Part shown: positions 17,791-26,636 of the stretch, piece after piece
Layout: each line of letters starts with the position of its first letter
Numbering within the stretch: the first letter of the stretch is position 1
NCBI GenBank assembly: GCA_035708565.1
Contig: DASSSF010000031.1
Coordinates: 10,277-74,276 of the forward strand
Reading direction: 5' to 3'
Source of the DNA: Candidatus Limnocylindria bacterium
GTDB taxonomy: Bacteria; Chloroflexota; Limnocylindria; P2-11E
Length of the DNA: 64,000 nt
Position numbers and translations under genes: made by a program
The notes under the pieces: model-generated
The model's database searches: none
What the model was told of the DNA's origin: nothing
The model's input: only the letters and a program-made list of their open reading frames with translations

Positions 17791-18674
17791 TCGAGCAGTT
17801 GATCGTCCCGATCATCGTCGCCGCGATCCTGATCTTCGTGATCAGGAACGTCGTCCACATCGTGCCCGAGTACCAGCGCCTCGTCGTGCTCCTATTCGGA
17901 CGCTTCCAGGCGATCAGGGGGCCGGGCCTGGTGATCCTGCTTCCGCCGCCGATCCAGTCGTCGCAGACCGTGGACCTCCGCGAGTTCGTCGTCGAGATCC
18001 CGGAGCAGACCTGCATCACGAAGGACAACGCGCCCATCTCGATCGACTTCCTCATCTACCAGAAGGTCGTCGAGGCGGCGGACGCGGTCCTCAAGGTCCA
18101 GAACTTCCGCGCCGCGGTCCAGGGCATCGCGACCACCACGCTCCGCGCCGTCATCGGCGACATCCCGCTCGACGACGTCCTCGCCAAGCGCGAGCAGATC
18201 AACGAGGTCCTGCGGGTGAAGCTGGACGACGTCACCCAGCGCTGGGGCGTGAAGGTGACCACGGTCGAGATCCGCGAGATCACGCCGCCGCGCGACATCC
18301 AGGAGGCCATGAACCGCCAGATGTCCGCCGAGCGGAACCGGCGTGCGGCGATCCTCGAAGCGGAGGGCCAGAAGCAGTCGGCGATCCTCGTCGCCGAGGG
18401 CCAGAAGCAGTCGGAGATCCTCAAGGCGGAGGGCGCCCGGCAGGCGGCGATCCTGCGCGCGGAGGGGTTCTCGCTCGCGCTCCGCAGCATCAACGAGACC
18501 GCGGCGACGGTGGACGCGCGCACGATGGCGCTCCAGTACCTCGACGCGCTCGAGAAGATCGGCTCGTCGCCGTCGACGAAGTTCGTGATCCCGACCGAGC
18601 TCACCGCCCTCGCCGCGCCGTTCGCGGCGTACTCCGCGACGCTTCGCGACGAGGGCGGGAAGGCCCGGAGCTAG
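17787..18674 (+). CDS. SPFH/band-7 (stomatin/prohibitin-like) protein
   Basis: VIEQLIVPII... TM anchor, PHB domain, C-terminal AEGQKQSAIL repeats; GTGA overlap with nfeD. Confidence 0.8.
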   Translation: MIEQLIVPIIVAAILIFVIRNVVHIVPEYQRLVVLLFGRFQAIRGPGLVILLPPPIQSSQTVDLREFVVEIPEQTCITKDNAPISIDFLIYQKVVEAADAVLKVQNFRAAVQGIATTTLRAVIGDIPLDDVLAKREQINEVLRVKLDDVTQRWGVKVTTVEIREITPPRDIQEAMNRQMSAERNRRAAILEAEGQKQSAILVAEGQKQSEILKAEGARQAAILRAEGFSLALRSINETAATVDARTMALQYLDALEKIGSSPSTKFVIPTELTALAAPFAAYSATLRDEGGKARS

Positions 18675-18987
18675 CGGCGCGAGCCCGGAAGGCCTGGGAT
18701 CCGGGCCGCGTCCGCGCGCTGCGGGAGCGCCATCGCGCGCGGCCTGCGCCGCGCGAAGGGGGAGTAGACGCGCGGCGGCAGCCGCAGGGCGGCCGCGACC
18801 GCCGCGCGCGCGTCGTCCCGTGGTGAGGGGGAGTGGGCGGTGGGAACGCGGACCAGGACCGCGGTCGCAAGGGCCATCGCTTCACCTCGGCGCTCTTCTG
18901 GAGCGGGCTCCGGACCTACGCGCAGGTCCCCTGCGTCTCGTCGGGGACCCACCCGGCGTCGGGGTGGCCCCGACGCAAGGGCGCTAC

Positions 18988-19021
18988 AGAACGGGCGTTC
19001 GCATCTTAGAACGGATGTTCA
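18988..19021. promoter_or_regulatory. Two tandem Cheo/SOS-box-like palindromes (AGAACgggcGTTCG and AGAACggatGTTCA), centres 20 bp apart, 32 nt upstream of the ligase-like gene
   Basis: Both fit GAAC-N4-GTTC with an RNRY spacer (Gram-positive LexA consensus CGAACRNRYGTTCG), one position off on the 5' flank. Confidence 0.4.
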
Positions 19022-19052
19022 GACTGTCAAGGGGCTCCCCGCGCCCGCCGTA

Positions 19053-19688
19053 ATGGGCATCCGCTCGGCATACTCGGCATGCTTGGTGGAAGCCCTTCTC
19101 GGCACGTCGCTCGCGCCGCAGCGCCCTCGGTACGTCCGAGAGAAGGCGGAGCCCGACGCGTACATCCTCGAGCCGGAGTGGTCGGGGACCCGGGCGCTCG
19201 CGAGGATCGGCCACGACGGACCGCGGTTCATGGGCTACGAGGGCCCGCTCGACGGCCCGCGCGGGCTGCACGAGGCGATCGCGGCCGACGCGCGCTGCGA
19301 GACGGCGATCATCGACGGCGTCCTCGTCCCGGACTGGCAGGACGAGACCGAGCTCGAGCTCGATGCCGAAGGGAACCCGCTCGTACGGCCGCAGGGCGGC
19401 CGGCGGATCTTCGCCGCGTTCGACCTGCTCGAGGTCGACGGCGAGCCGCTCATCGAGGTCCCGCTCCTCGAGCGGAAGCGGCACCTGGAAGGCATCCTGC
19501 GGCCGAGCCAGAACGTGCGCCTCACCACCTTCGTGACGCGGGGCCTCCGCGCCTGGCGCGACACGCTCCAGATCCAGGGCTTCCGGCGCGTCGTCCTCAA
19601 GGCGTGGAACAGCGGGTACTCGCCGGGTCAGACGAACGACGACTGGCTGGTGGTCGAGAAGATCGGGCCACCCAGGGAGAGAAAGTGA
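19053..19688 (+). CDS. ATP-dependent DNA ligase-like protein with degenerate nucleotidyltransferase motif I (probably non-catalytic)
   Basis: 212 aa; ILEPEWSGTRALA aligns to motif I ExKxDGxR with Lys to Glu and Asp to Ser; motif III AAFDLLEVDGEPL...LERKRHLE; motif V FRRVVLKAWNSGYSPGQTNDDWLVVEK. Stop overlaps the gdhA GTG (GTGA). Confidence 0.55.
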   Translation: MGIRSAYSACLVEALLGTSLAPQRPRYVREKAEPDAYILEPEWSGTRALARIGHDGPRFMGYEGPLDGPRGLHEAIAADARCETAIIDGVLVPDWQDETELELDAEGNPLVRPQGGRRIFAAFDLLEVDGEPLIEVPLLERKRHLEGILRPSQNVRLTTFVTRGLRAWRDTLQIQGFRRVVLKAWNSGYSPGQTNDDWLVVEKIGPPRERK

Positions 19689-20962
19689 CCACTCGGACGT
19701 CCGCGGTCATCGACCACACGCAGCGCGATCCGTGGGAGGTCGCGATCGAGCAGTTCGACCTCGCCGCGGACAAGCTCCACCTCGACCCGAACATGCGGGG
19801 GATCCTGCGCGAATGCCAGCGCGAGCTGACCGTTCACTTCCCGGTGAAGCTCCACGACGGCACGGTGAAGGTGTTCACGGGCTACCGCGTGCAGCACAAC
19901 ACCACGCGCGGCCCCGGGAAGGGCGGCATCCGCTATCACCCGTCCGTGACCCTCAACGAGGTCAAGGCGCTCGCGATGTGGATGACGTGGAAGTGCGCGT
20001 GCGTGGGCATCCCGTACGGCGGAGCGAAGGGCGGCGTCGTCTGCGACCCGAAGCACATGACGCAGCAGCAGCTCGAGACGCTCACGCGCCGGTACACGAC
20101 GGAGATCGAGCTCCTCATCGGCCCGGAGCGGGACATCCCCGCGCCGGACGTGAACACGAACTCGCAGACGATGGCCTGGATCATGGACACGTACTCGATG
20201 CACCAGGGGCACACGTCCCTCGCCGTCGTCACCGGGAAGCCGCTCTCGATCGGCGGGAGCGAGGGGCGCAACGAGGCCACCGCCCGCGGCGCGGTCTACA
20301 CGATCATCGAGGCCGCGAAGCACCTCGGCATCGACCTCGAAGGGTCGCGCGTCGTCGTGCAAGGCTTCGGCAACGCCGGCTACTTCAGCGCGAAGTTCAT
20401 GCACGAGCTCGGCGCGGTCGTCGTGGGCGTGTCCGACACCGGCGGCGGCATCCACAACCCGAAGGGCGTCGACCCCGTGAAGGTGCACGCGTTCAAGCGC
20501 GAGCACGGGACGGTCACCGGCTACCCGGGCGCCGAGAAGGTCGACAACGCCGACCTCCTCGAGCTCGACTGCGACATCCTCATCCCCGCCGCGATCGAGA
20601 ACCAGATCGGAGAGCACAACGCGCCGCGGATCAAGGCGAAGATCGTCGCCGAGGCGGCGAACGGTCCGACGAGCCCCGAGGCGGACAGGATCCTCTTCTC
20701 GCGGAACGTGTTCCTCATCCCCGACATCCTCTGCAACGCCGGCGGCGTCACCGTCTCGTACTTCGAGTGGGTGCAGGACCTCCAGAACCTCTTCTGGCGC
20801 GAGGCCACGATCAACGCGCGCCTCAAGGAGGTCATGGTGAAGTCGTTCGCCGACGTGCTCGAGATGGCGAAGAAGAACAAGGTCGACATGCGCACGGCGG
20901 CGTACATGGTGGCCGTGCACCGGGTCGCCGAGGCGACGCTCACCCGCGGCATCTACCCGTGA
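19685..20962 (+). CDS. gdhA: NAD(P)-specific glutamate dehydrogenase
   Basis: 425 aa; GPGKGGIRYHP, KCAxxGxPYGGAKGG, GFGNAGY Rossmann motif; GTG start. Confidence 0.9.
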   Translation: MTTRTSAVIDHTQRDPWEVAIEQFDLAADKLHLDPNMRGILRECQRELTVHFPVKLHDGTVKVFTGYRVQHNTTRGPGKGGIRYHPSVTLNEVKALAMWMTWKCACVGIPYGGAKGGVVCDPKHMTQQQLETLTRRYTTEIELLIGPERDIPAPDVNTNSQTMAWIMDTYSMHQGHTSLAVVTGKPLSIGGSEGRNEATARGAVYTIIEAAKHLGIDLEGSRVVVQGFGNAGYFSAKFMHELGAVVVGVSDTGGGIHNPKGVDPVKVHAFKREHGTVTGYPGAEKVDNADLLELDCDILIPAAIENQIGEHNAPRIKAKIVAEAANGPTSPEADRILFSRNVFLIPDILCNAGGVTVSYFEWVQDLQNLFWREATINARLKEVMVKSFADVLEMAKKNKVDMRTAAYMVAVHRVAEATLTRGIYP

Positions 20963-21070
20963 GCGAGGCCGTCCGGCGACCGAGTGCGGTCATCGGCGGC
21001 CGAGCGACACGGGGTACGAAGCATCCGTAGCTGACACCCGCCGCGCGAGCGGCGGCTAGAAGGACCCGGC

Positions 21071-23734
21071 GTGCAGCTCGTCGCGATCGACCTCGAGACA
21101 ACGGGATGGGAGCCCGCGTCCGACCGGATCGTCGAGATCGGGGCGGTGCGGGTCGAGCTCGCGGACGACGGCGCGGTGCGGCTCGGGCGCGCGTACGCGA
21201 CCCTCGTGGACCCGGGCCGCGCCCTCGACCCGACGATCACGCGGCTGACGGGCATCCGGGACGAGGACCTCGTGGGCGCGCCTCCCGTGGGGGAGGCGAT
21301 CGCCGGTCTCGCGGCGTTCCTCGGCGACGACGCCGTCGTGGGGCACAACGTCCGCTTCGATCTCGGGTTCCTCGCGCACGCCGGGCTCGAGCCCGCCGGC
21401 GCGCTCGACACCGCGGAGCTCGCGTCGATCCTGCTCCCGACCGCCACCTCGTACGCGCTCACGCGCCTCGCCGCCGATCTCGCGGTCGAGGCGCCGGTCG
21501 CGCACCGCGCTCTCGCGGACGCCACGACGTGCGCCCTCGTCCTCGGCCACCTCGCGCGGGCCGCCGCGGACCTGGCGCCCGACGTGCTCGACGAGCTCGC
21601 GGCGACGGCCGCGCTCCTCGGGCCCGCGGCGTCGCGGTTCTTCGGCGCCGCGCTCGCGCGGAGCGTGCGCACGGCGTGGGACCGGCGGGCACCGGTGCGG
21701 CCCGCGCTGCCTCCGCGCGCCAAGGATCCCGCGAAGGCGGCCTCGCTGCGCGCCGCTCGCGCCTTCGCGCCGGGCGGGCCGCTCGCGGCGGCCTACCCGG
21801 CGTACGAGGACCGGCCGGAGCAGCGCGCGCTCGCCGAGGCGATCGAGCGGACCTTCGACGCCGGCGGCGTGCTCGTCGCGGAGGCCGGCACCGGCGTCGG
21901 CAAGTCGCTCGCGTACCTCGTCCCCGCGCTCGCGCGCGCGCTCGGCGGCGAGCGCACCGTCGTGAGCACGCACACGCTCCCGCTCCAGGACCAGCTCGTC
22001 CGGCGCGACATCCCGTCGCTCCAGGCGGCGCTCGGCACGGACGTACCGGTGGCGGTCCAGAAGGGCCGCTCGAACTATCTGTGCCCGCGCCGCTGGCAGC
22101 AGCTCCGGGCCACGGCCGCCACGCCGGAGGAGGCGCGGCTCGTCTGCAAGACGCTCGTCTGGCGCGCGTCGACGGTCGCGGGCGAGCGCAGCGAGCTGAA
22201 CCTGCTCGGTCCCGAGGGTGCCCTGTGGGCGCGCATCTCCGCTGACGACGAGTCGTGCACGCAGCGGCGCTGCGCCGCGACCCGCGGCGGCTGCTACCTC
22301 GAGCGCGCCCGCACCGACGCCGCCGCCGCCGACGTCGTCGTGGTGAATCACGCGCTCCTCCTCCACGACGCGAGGGCCGCGGGCTCGCTCCTTCCCGACG
22401 CCGAGCACGTCGTCGTCGACGAGGCCCACCACCTGGAGGACGTCGCGGCGGACGCGTTCGGCCACCGGCTCGAGGACTGGCGGTCGCGGCGCGACCTCGA
22501 CCGCGTCGCGCGCTCGCCGCTCGTGCTCTCCGCGCTGCGCTCCGCCGACGTCGCGCGGGTCCAGCGCGGCGAGGGGCTCCGTGAAGAGGTCGCACGCGCG
22601 CACGAGCGGGCCGGCGAGACGTTCGCCGCGCTCCGCGCGCTCGTCGTGCCGCCTGAGGAGCGCGTGCGGGTCACGGCGGGCGTGCGGCTCGCCGAGGAGA
22701 CGTGGCTGCCGGTCGAGCTGGCGGCGGAGCGCTTCGACGACGCGCTCGGCGGCGTGCAGCTCGCCGCGCAGCGCCTCATCGACGCCGGCGGCGACGACGA
22801 CGAGGTGGGGGAGCTGACGAGCGCGACGAAGGAGCTCATCGGCGCGCGGATGGCGATCGCGCGCGGCATCCACGACCCGCGCGCCGTCGAGATCGCGTGG
22901 CTCGAGGCGACCCGCGAGGCGGTCGGCCTGTACGTGGCGCCTTCCCACGTCGGCGGCGCGCTGCGGCGGCTCCTCGTCGACCGTCATCGCTCCCTGGTGC
23001 TCACCTCGGCGACGCTCGCCGTCGCGGGATCGCTCCGGTTCGCGACCGAGCGCTTCGGCGTCGCCGACATCGCCGACGAGCTCCTCGTCGGCTCGCCGTT
23101 CGACCACGCGACGCGGTCGCTGCTCGTCGTCCCCGCAGACATCGCCCTCCCGCACGAGGAGCAGCACCCGGCCGACGTCGCGTACGTCGTCGAGGAGGTC
23201 GCCCGCGCGCTCGGCGGCAGGACCCTCGTCCTGTTCACGGCGCACACCGCGATGCGCGACGTCGCCCGGCGTCTCGAGGGGCTCGCCGATGCCGGGATCG
23301 CCGTCCTCACCCAGGGCGTCGACGGCTCGCGCCGCGCGCTCCTCGACCGCTTCGCCGCTGGGTCGAGCGTCCTCCTCGGCACGCGTTCGTTCTGGGAAGG
23401 GGTCGACCTCCCCGGCGACCTGCTCCAGTGCGTCCTCGTGACGCGCATCCCCTTCGACGTGCCGGACGACCCGCTCGTCGAGGGCCGGGCCGAGCGGTAC
23501 GACGACCCGTTCAACGAGTACCAGCTGCCGCAGGCCGCGCTGCGCCTCCGTCAGGGCGCCGGCCGGCTCATCCGCACCGCGACCGACCGCGGCGCGATCG
23601 TCCTCCTCGACCGGCGGATCGTCGCCCGCGACTACGGGCCCACGCTCATCGCGTCGCTGCCGCCTGCGCGTCTCGTGCGCACCACGGTCGACGAGGTCGC
23701 GAGCGTCGTCGCTCGACACGTGGCCGCGTCCTAG
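21071..23734 (+). CDS. dinG: DnaQ-like 3'-5' exonuclease fused to a DinG/Rad3-family ATP-dependent helicase
   Basis: N-terminal AIDLETTG...GHNVRFD...HRALADA exonuclease motifs; helicase motif I AEAGTGVGKSLAYL, DEAH box VVVDEAHHLED, 4Fe-4S Cys cluster, C-terminal helicase motifs. Confidence 0.85.
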   Translation: MQLVAIDLETTGWEPASDRIVEIGAVRVELADDGAVRLGRAYATLVDPGRALDPTITRLTGIRDEDLVGAPPVGEAIAGLAAFLGDDAVVGHNVRFDLGFLAHAGLEPAGALDTAELASILLPTATSYALTRLAADLAVEAPVAHRALADATTCALVLGHLARAAADLAPDVLDELAATAALLGPAASRFFGAALARSVRTAWDRRAPVRPALPPRAKDPAKAASLRAARAFAPGGPLAAAYPAYEDRPEQRALAEAIERTFDAGGVLVAEAGTGVGKSLAYLVPALARALGGERTVVSTHTLPLQDQLVRRDIPSLQAALGTDVPVAVQKGRSNYLCPRRWQQLRATAATPEEARLVCKTLVWRASTVAGERSELNLLGPEGALWARISADDESCTQRRCAATRGGCYLERARTDAAAADVVVVNHALLLHDARAAGSLLPDAEHVVVDEAHHLEDVAADAFGHRLEDWRSRRDLDRVARSPLVLSALRSADVARVQRGEGLREEVARAHERAGETFAALRALVVPPEERVRVTAGVRLAEETWLPVELAAERFDDALGGVQLAAQRLIDAGGDDDEVGELTSATKELIGARMAIARGIHDPRAVEIAWLEATREAVGLYVAPSHVGGALRRLLVDRHRSLVLTSATLAVAGSLRFATERFGVADIADELLVGSPFDHATRSLLVVPADIALPHEEQHPADVAYVVEEVARALGGRTLVLFTAHTAMRDVARRLEGLADAGIAVLTQGVDGSRRALLDRFAAGSSVLLGTRSFWEGVDLPGDLLQCVLVTRIPFDVPDDPLVEGRAERYDDPFNEYQLPQAALRLRQGAGRLIRTATDRGAIVLLDRRIVARDYGPTLIASLPPARLVRTTVDEVASVVARHVAAS

Positions 23735-23743
23735 CATCGCGCC

Positions 23744-24058
23744 GTGGACGAGCGGCAGCGTGCGGCGCTCACCGCGTGGGTCGACGGCCTCGCGCCCGAC
23801 GCGCGCGTGCTGCTCTACCACCTCGCGAGCGAGCTGTGCGGTGGGATGGACGTCACGCGCCACAACGACTTCGGCTTCCTGCGCCTGCGCGCGGAGTTCG
23901 AGACCTCCGGCGAGCTCTTCGGCTGCTCGCTCGAGGATCTCCGCGACGCGCTCGGCGCGGCGCTCGGCCCGGAGGAGCGCGCCGCGGACCGGCCGCAGAG
24001 CGCTCTCCAGATGCTGCGCGCGAGGGTCGCGCGGGAGGGTCACCCGGACTTCCGGTAG
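23744..24058 (+). CDS. Hypothetical small protein (104 aa) immediately downstream of dinG
   Basis: GTG start 10 nt after the dinG stop; good GC3 bias; no recognisable family. Confidence 0.45.
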   Translation: MDERQRAALTAWVDGLAPDARVLLYHLASELCGGMDVTRHNDFGFLRLRAEFETSGELFGCSLEDLRDALGAALGPEERAADRPQSALQMLRARVAREGHPDFR

Positions 24059-24151
24059 CGCCGATCGTCGCGAACCGCGACGCAGCGGGCGAGAGACGCG
24101 GCCGAGAGGGCTAGTACGGCTTCGCTACGGTCGCAATAGCGGATCAGCCCT

Positions 24152-24179
24152 TTGCCTCCGAGAGTGCCCACCGTAAACT
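24152..24179 (+). promoter_or_regulatory. Candidate sigma70-type promoter for flp (TTGCCT -N16- TAAACT)
   Basis: A rare AT-containing hexamer pair about 40 nt upstream of the flp-1 ATG; the SD GGAAAGGGGG follows. Confidence 0.3.
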
Positions 24180-24217
24180 CGCGCTCGGACCTGAGGGTCG
24201 GAAAGGGGGTGTTCCGG

Positions 24218-24370
24218 ATGCTCGCTTTCTTCCGTGAAGAGGACGGCCAGGGCCTCGTCGAGTACGCACTCATCATCGCAGTCATCGCCATCGCCGTCAT
24301 CGTCGCCATGATCTTCCTGCGTGGTCAGCTGCAGAACATCTTCAGCAACATCGGCAACAACCTCACCTAG
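24218..24370 (+). CDS. flp: Flp-family type IVb prepilin (50 aa)
   Basis: [33 protein letters not shown]...: G-XXXX-EY processing motif plus hydrophobic helix; SD GGAAAGGGGG. Confidence 0.8.
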   Translation: MLAFFREEDGQGLVEYALIIAVIAIAVIVAMIFLRGQLQNIFSNIGNNLT

Positions 24371-24385
24371 CAGGAGCGACCGGAC

Positions 24386-24415
24386 GGGCGGAGGCGCCTT
24401 CGGGCGCCTCCGCCC
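24386..24415 (+). other. Perfect 13-bp stem-loop (GGGCGGAGGCGCC-UUCG-GGCGCCUCCGCCC) between the two flp genes
   Basis: Seen directly in the sequence; a UUCG tetraloop with no U tract, so a stabiliser or processing hairpin rather than a classical terminator. Confidence 0.45.
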
Positions 24416-24433
24416 GATCTCAAAGGAGGCGAG

Positions 24434-24586
24434 ATGCTCGCGTTCTTCCGTGAGGATCAGGGGCAGGGTCTTGTGGAGTACGCCCTCATCATCGCCGTCA
24501 TCGCGATCGCGGTCATCGTGGCGATGATCTTCCTGCGCGAACAGATCTCGAACATCTTCAGCAACATCGGGAACAACCTGACCTAG
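24434..24586 (+). CDS. flp: Flp-family type IVb prepilin, second tandem paralog (50 aa; absent from the ORF track because it is under 60 aa)
   Basis: SD AAAGGAGG then ATG; [50 protein letters not shown]; 44/50 identical to copy 1. Confidence 0.8.
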   Translation: MLAFFREDQGQGLVEYALIIAVIAIAVIVAMIFLREQISNIFSNIGNNLT

Positions 24587-24612
24587 CACGACCCGAGCGG
24601 CTGACCCGAGGG

Positions 24613-24643
24613 GCCCGGCCGGACGGCCGGGCTTCTTCGTTCT
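24613..24643. terminator. Rho-independent terminator (GCCCGGCC-GGA-CGGCCGGGC then UUCUUCGUUCU), bidirectional between flp-2 and a convergent minus-strand gene
   Basis: 8-bp GC stem and a T-rich tail lying between convergent stop codons. Confidence 0.55.
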
Positions 24644-25025
24644 AGGCGGTGCGCCGGCGGCGCCGGCCCGTGACCGCGTCCGTGGCCTCGAGCAGGTCCG
24701 TCCAGATGCCCTTGGAGACGCTCGAGCGGGCGACGATGCGCTGGCCCGGCCGCACGACCTCGGTCCCCTCCGCGAGGAAGTTCGCCCGGCCCGGATCGTG
24801 GAGGTCGAGGTACTCGCCGTAGCGCTTGAGCTGCGTGCCCTCGGCGACGAGCGGGATGGCGGCGAGGTCGTCCTCGGCCAGGTCCTGGAGGATCCGGTGG
24901 TCGCTCCGCACGTCCAGCGCCGTCAGCGACCGCGCGGGCTCACGGCCGGGCTCCTCGTCGGCGAGCACGACCTCCCAGCGGCCGCTCGTCCCGCGGGGGA
25001 CCGGGGTCTCGTCGTATCTCGGCAT
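24642..25025 (-). CDS. Hypothetical protein (127 aa)
   Basis: ATG start and strong GC3 codon bias; the rest of the long minus ORF 24642..26189 is antisense to rpsB and is rejected. Confidence 0.5.
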   Translation of the reverse strand: MPRYDETPVPRGTSGRWEVVLADEEPGREPARSLTALDVRSDHRILQDLAEDDLAAIPLVAEGTQLKRYGEYLDLHDPGRANFLAEGTEVVRPGQRIVARSSVSKGIWTDLLEATDAVTGRRRRRTA

Positions 25026-25178
25026 CGGGGAGCGCCAACCGCACTCGCCGTGCCACGGCCGGAACGCGGCGTACACTGGTCGTGGACCGCGCCCGCGCGG
25101 TACTTCACACGCTCGCCCGACGGCCGGACTCCCTGGACCGAGGCAAGGGTGGCGAGCGGAGGAACAAGGGAGCCGAAC

Positions 25179-26159
25179 ATGCCCGTCGTCACGATGAAGC
25201 AGCTGCTCGAGTCCGGCGTCCACTTCGGGCACCAGGCGCGGCGCTGGAACCCCAAGATGAAGCGCTTCATCTTCATGGAGCGCAACGGCATCCACATCAT
25301 CGACCTCCAGCAGACGCTCGCGCGCGTCGAGGAGGCCTACGCGTTCGTCCGCGACCACGCCTCGAACGGCGGCCAGATCCTCTTCGTGGGCACGAAGAAG
25401 CAGGCGCAGGAGTCGATCTCCGAGGAGGCGAAGCGAGCCGGCATGCACTTCGTGAACCAGCGGTGGCTCGGCGGCTTCCTCACGAACTTCGTGACGATCC
25501 AGAAGCGGATCCACCGCCTCAACGAGCTCACGGAGCGTAAGGACCGCGGCGACCTCCTCACGATGCCGAAGAAGGACGCGCAGCGCCTCGACGACGAGCG
25601 CGTGCACCTCGAGCGCTACTTCTCCGGCGTTCGCGAGCTGCGCCGCCCGCCGACGTGCCTGTTCGTGGTCGACCCGCACCGCGAGCACATCGCGGTGGAC
25701 GAGGCGCGCCGGCTCGAGATCCCGGTCGTCGCGATGGTCGACACGAACTGCGATCCGGACCTCATCGACGTCATCATCCCGGCGAACGACGACGCGATCC
25801 GCGCCGTGAAGCTGATCTGCCAGAAGATGGCCGACGCGATCATCGAGGGCCGCCAGCAGTGGGACGCGACGCACAAGGACGCCGTGCCCGAGACGCCGGG
25901 CTACCAGCCGATCCCGATGGAGACCTACGCCGAGGGCGGCGAGCCCGGTGCGGCGAAGGCGCGCCGCACGCCGCGCGTGTACGAGCCCGAGGAGGACGAG
26001 TACCCGATCGGCGGATACGAGCAGCCCGTGCCGGCGGACGACACCGAGAGCGAGGGTGCGGCCGCCGCGGGCGACGAGTCGCTCGCGAAGCCGGCCACGG
26101 ACGCGCCCGGCACGGAGCCGCGGCGCGCGCCCAAGACCAAGCGCGGAGAGGACGAGTAG
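25179..26159 (+). CDS. rpsB: 30S ribosomal protein S2 with an acidic C-terminal extension
   Basis: [27 protein letters not shown]...; extended Glu/Asp/Pro-rich tail. Confidence 0.9.
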   Translation: MPVVTMKQLLESGVHFGHQARRWNPKMKRFIFMERNGIHIIDLQQTLARVEEAYAFVRDHASNGGQILFVGTKKQAQESISEEAKRAGMHFVNQRWLGGFLTNFVTIQKRIHRLNELTERKDRGDLLTMPKKDAQRLDDERVHLERYFSGVRELRRPPTCLFVVDPHREHIAVDEARRLEIPVVAMVDTNCDPDLIDVIIPANDDAIRAVKLICQKMADAIIEGRQQWDATHKDAVPETPGYQPIPMETYAEGGEPGAAKARRTPRVYEPEEDEYPIGGYEQPVPADDTESEGAAAAGDESLAKPATDAPGTEPRRAPKTKRGEDE

Positions 26160-26161
26160 CC

Positions 26162-26623
26162 ATGGCAGCGAACGCGAAGGAAGTCGCACGCCTCAGGGCC
26201 GAGACGGGCGCCGGGGTCATGGAGTCGAAGCGCGCCCTCGACGAGGCGGGCGACTACGACAAGGCGAAGGAGCTCCTGAAGCAGTGGGGCGCCGCCCGCG
26301 CCGAGAAGAAGTCCGAGCGGGCGGCGAACCAGGGCCTCATCGAGGCGTACATCCACGCGGGCGGCCGGGTCGGCGCGCTCGTCGAGCTCAACAGCGAGAC
26401 GGACTTCGTGGCCCGCAACCCCGAGTTCCAGAAGCTCGCGAAGGAGCTCGCGATGCAGGTCGCCGCGATGGAGCCGGAGAGCGTGGACGCGCTCCTCGCG
26501 CAGCCGTACATCCGCGACTCCTCGGCCACGGTGAAGGACCTCGTGACCCGGCTCGCGGCGTCGACGGGGGAGAACATCCAGATCCGCCGGTTCCAGCGGT
26601 TCTCCCTCGGCGCCGCGGACTAG
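26162..26623 (+). CDS. tsf: Elongation factor Ts (short form)
   Basis: [26 protein letters not shown]... UBA-like N-terminus plus one dimerisation domain; 153 aa. Confidence 0.85.
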   Translation: MAANAKEVARLRAETGAGVMESKRALDEAGDYDKAKELLKQWGAARAEKKSERAANQGLIEAYIHAGGRVGALVELNSETDFVARNPEFQKLAKELAMQVAAMEPESVDALLAQPYIRDSSATVKDLVTRLAASTGENIQIRRFQRFSLGAAD

Positions 26624-26636
26624 GATCCTGCGAGGC

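Noticed and set aside
18601-18952. Two overlapping minus-strand ORFs (94 and 93 aa) in the SPFH–ligase spacer
   Set aside because: Arg/Pro-rich low-complexity products with no RBS. The region is treated as non-coding.
21056-24043. 995-aa minus-strand ORF (and nested 21106..22245 +, 21459..22595 -, 22702..24114 + ORFs) overlapping dinG
   Set aside because: Arg/Ala/Gly/Pro low-complexity translations opposite or out of frame with a gene that has clear DnaQ and DinG motifs. These are antisense artefacts.
24040-24309. 89-aa minus-strand ORF overlapping the flp promoter and flp-1
   Set aside because: Met/Ala/Thr-rich antisense product. It conflicts with a well-supported Flp pilin on the plus strand.
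25026-25178. Promoter hexamers upstream of rpsB (for example TACACT, TACTTC)
   Set aside because: Several weak TANNNT candidates exist but none has a convincing -35 partner at the correct spacing, so none is annotated.
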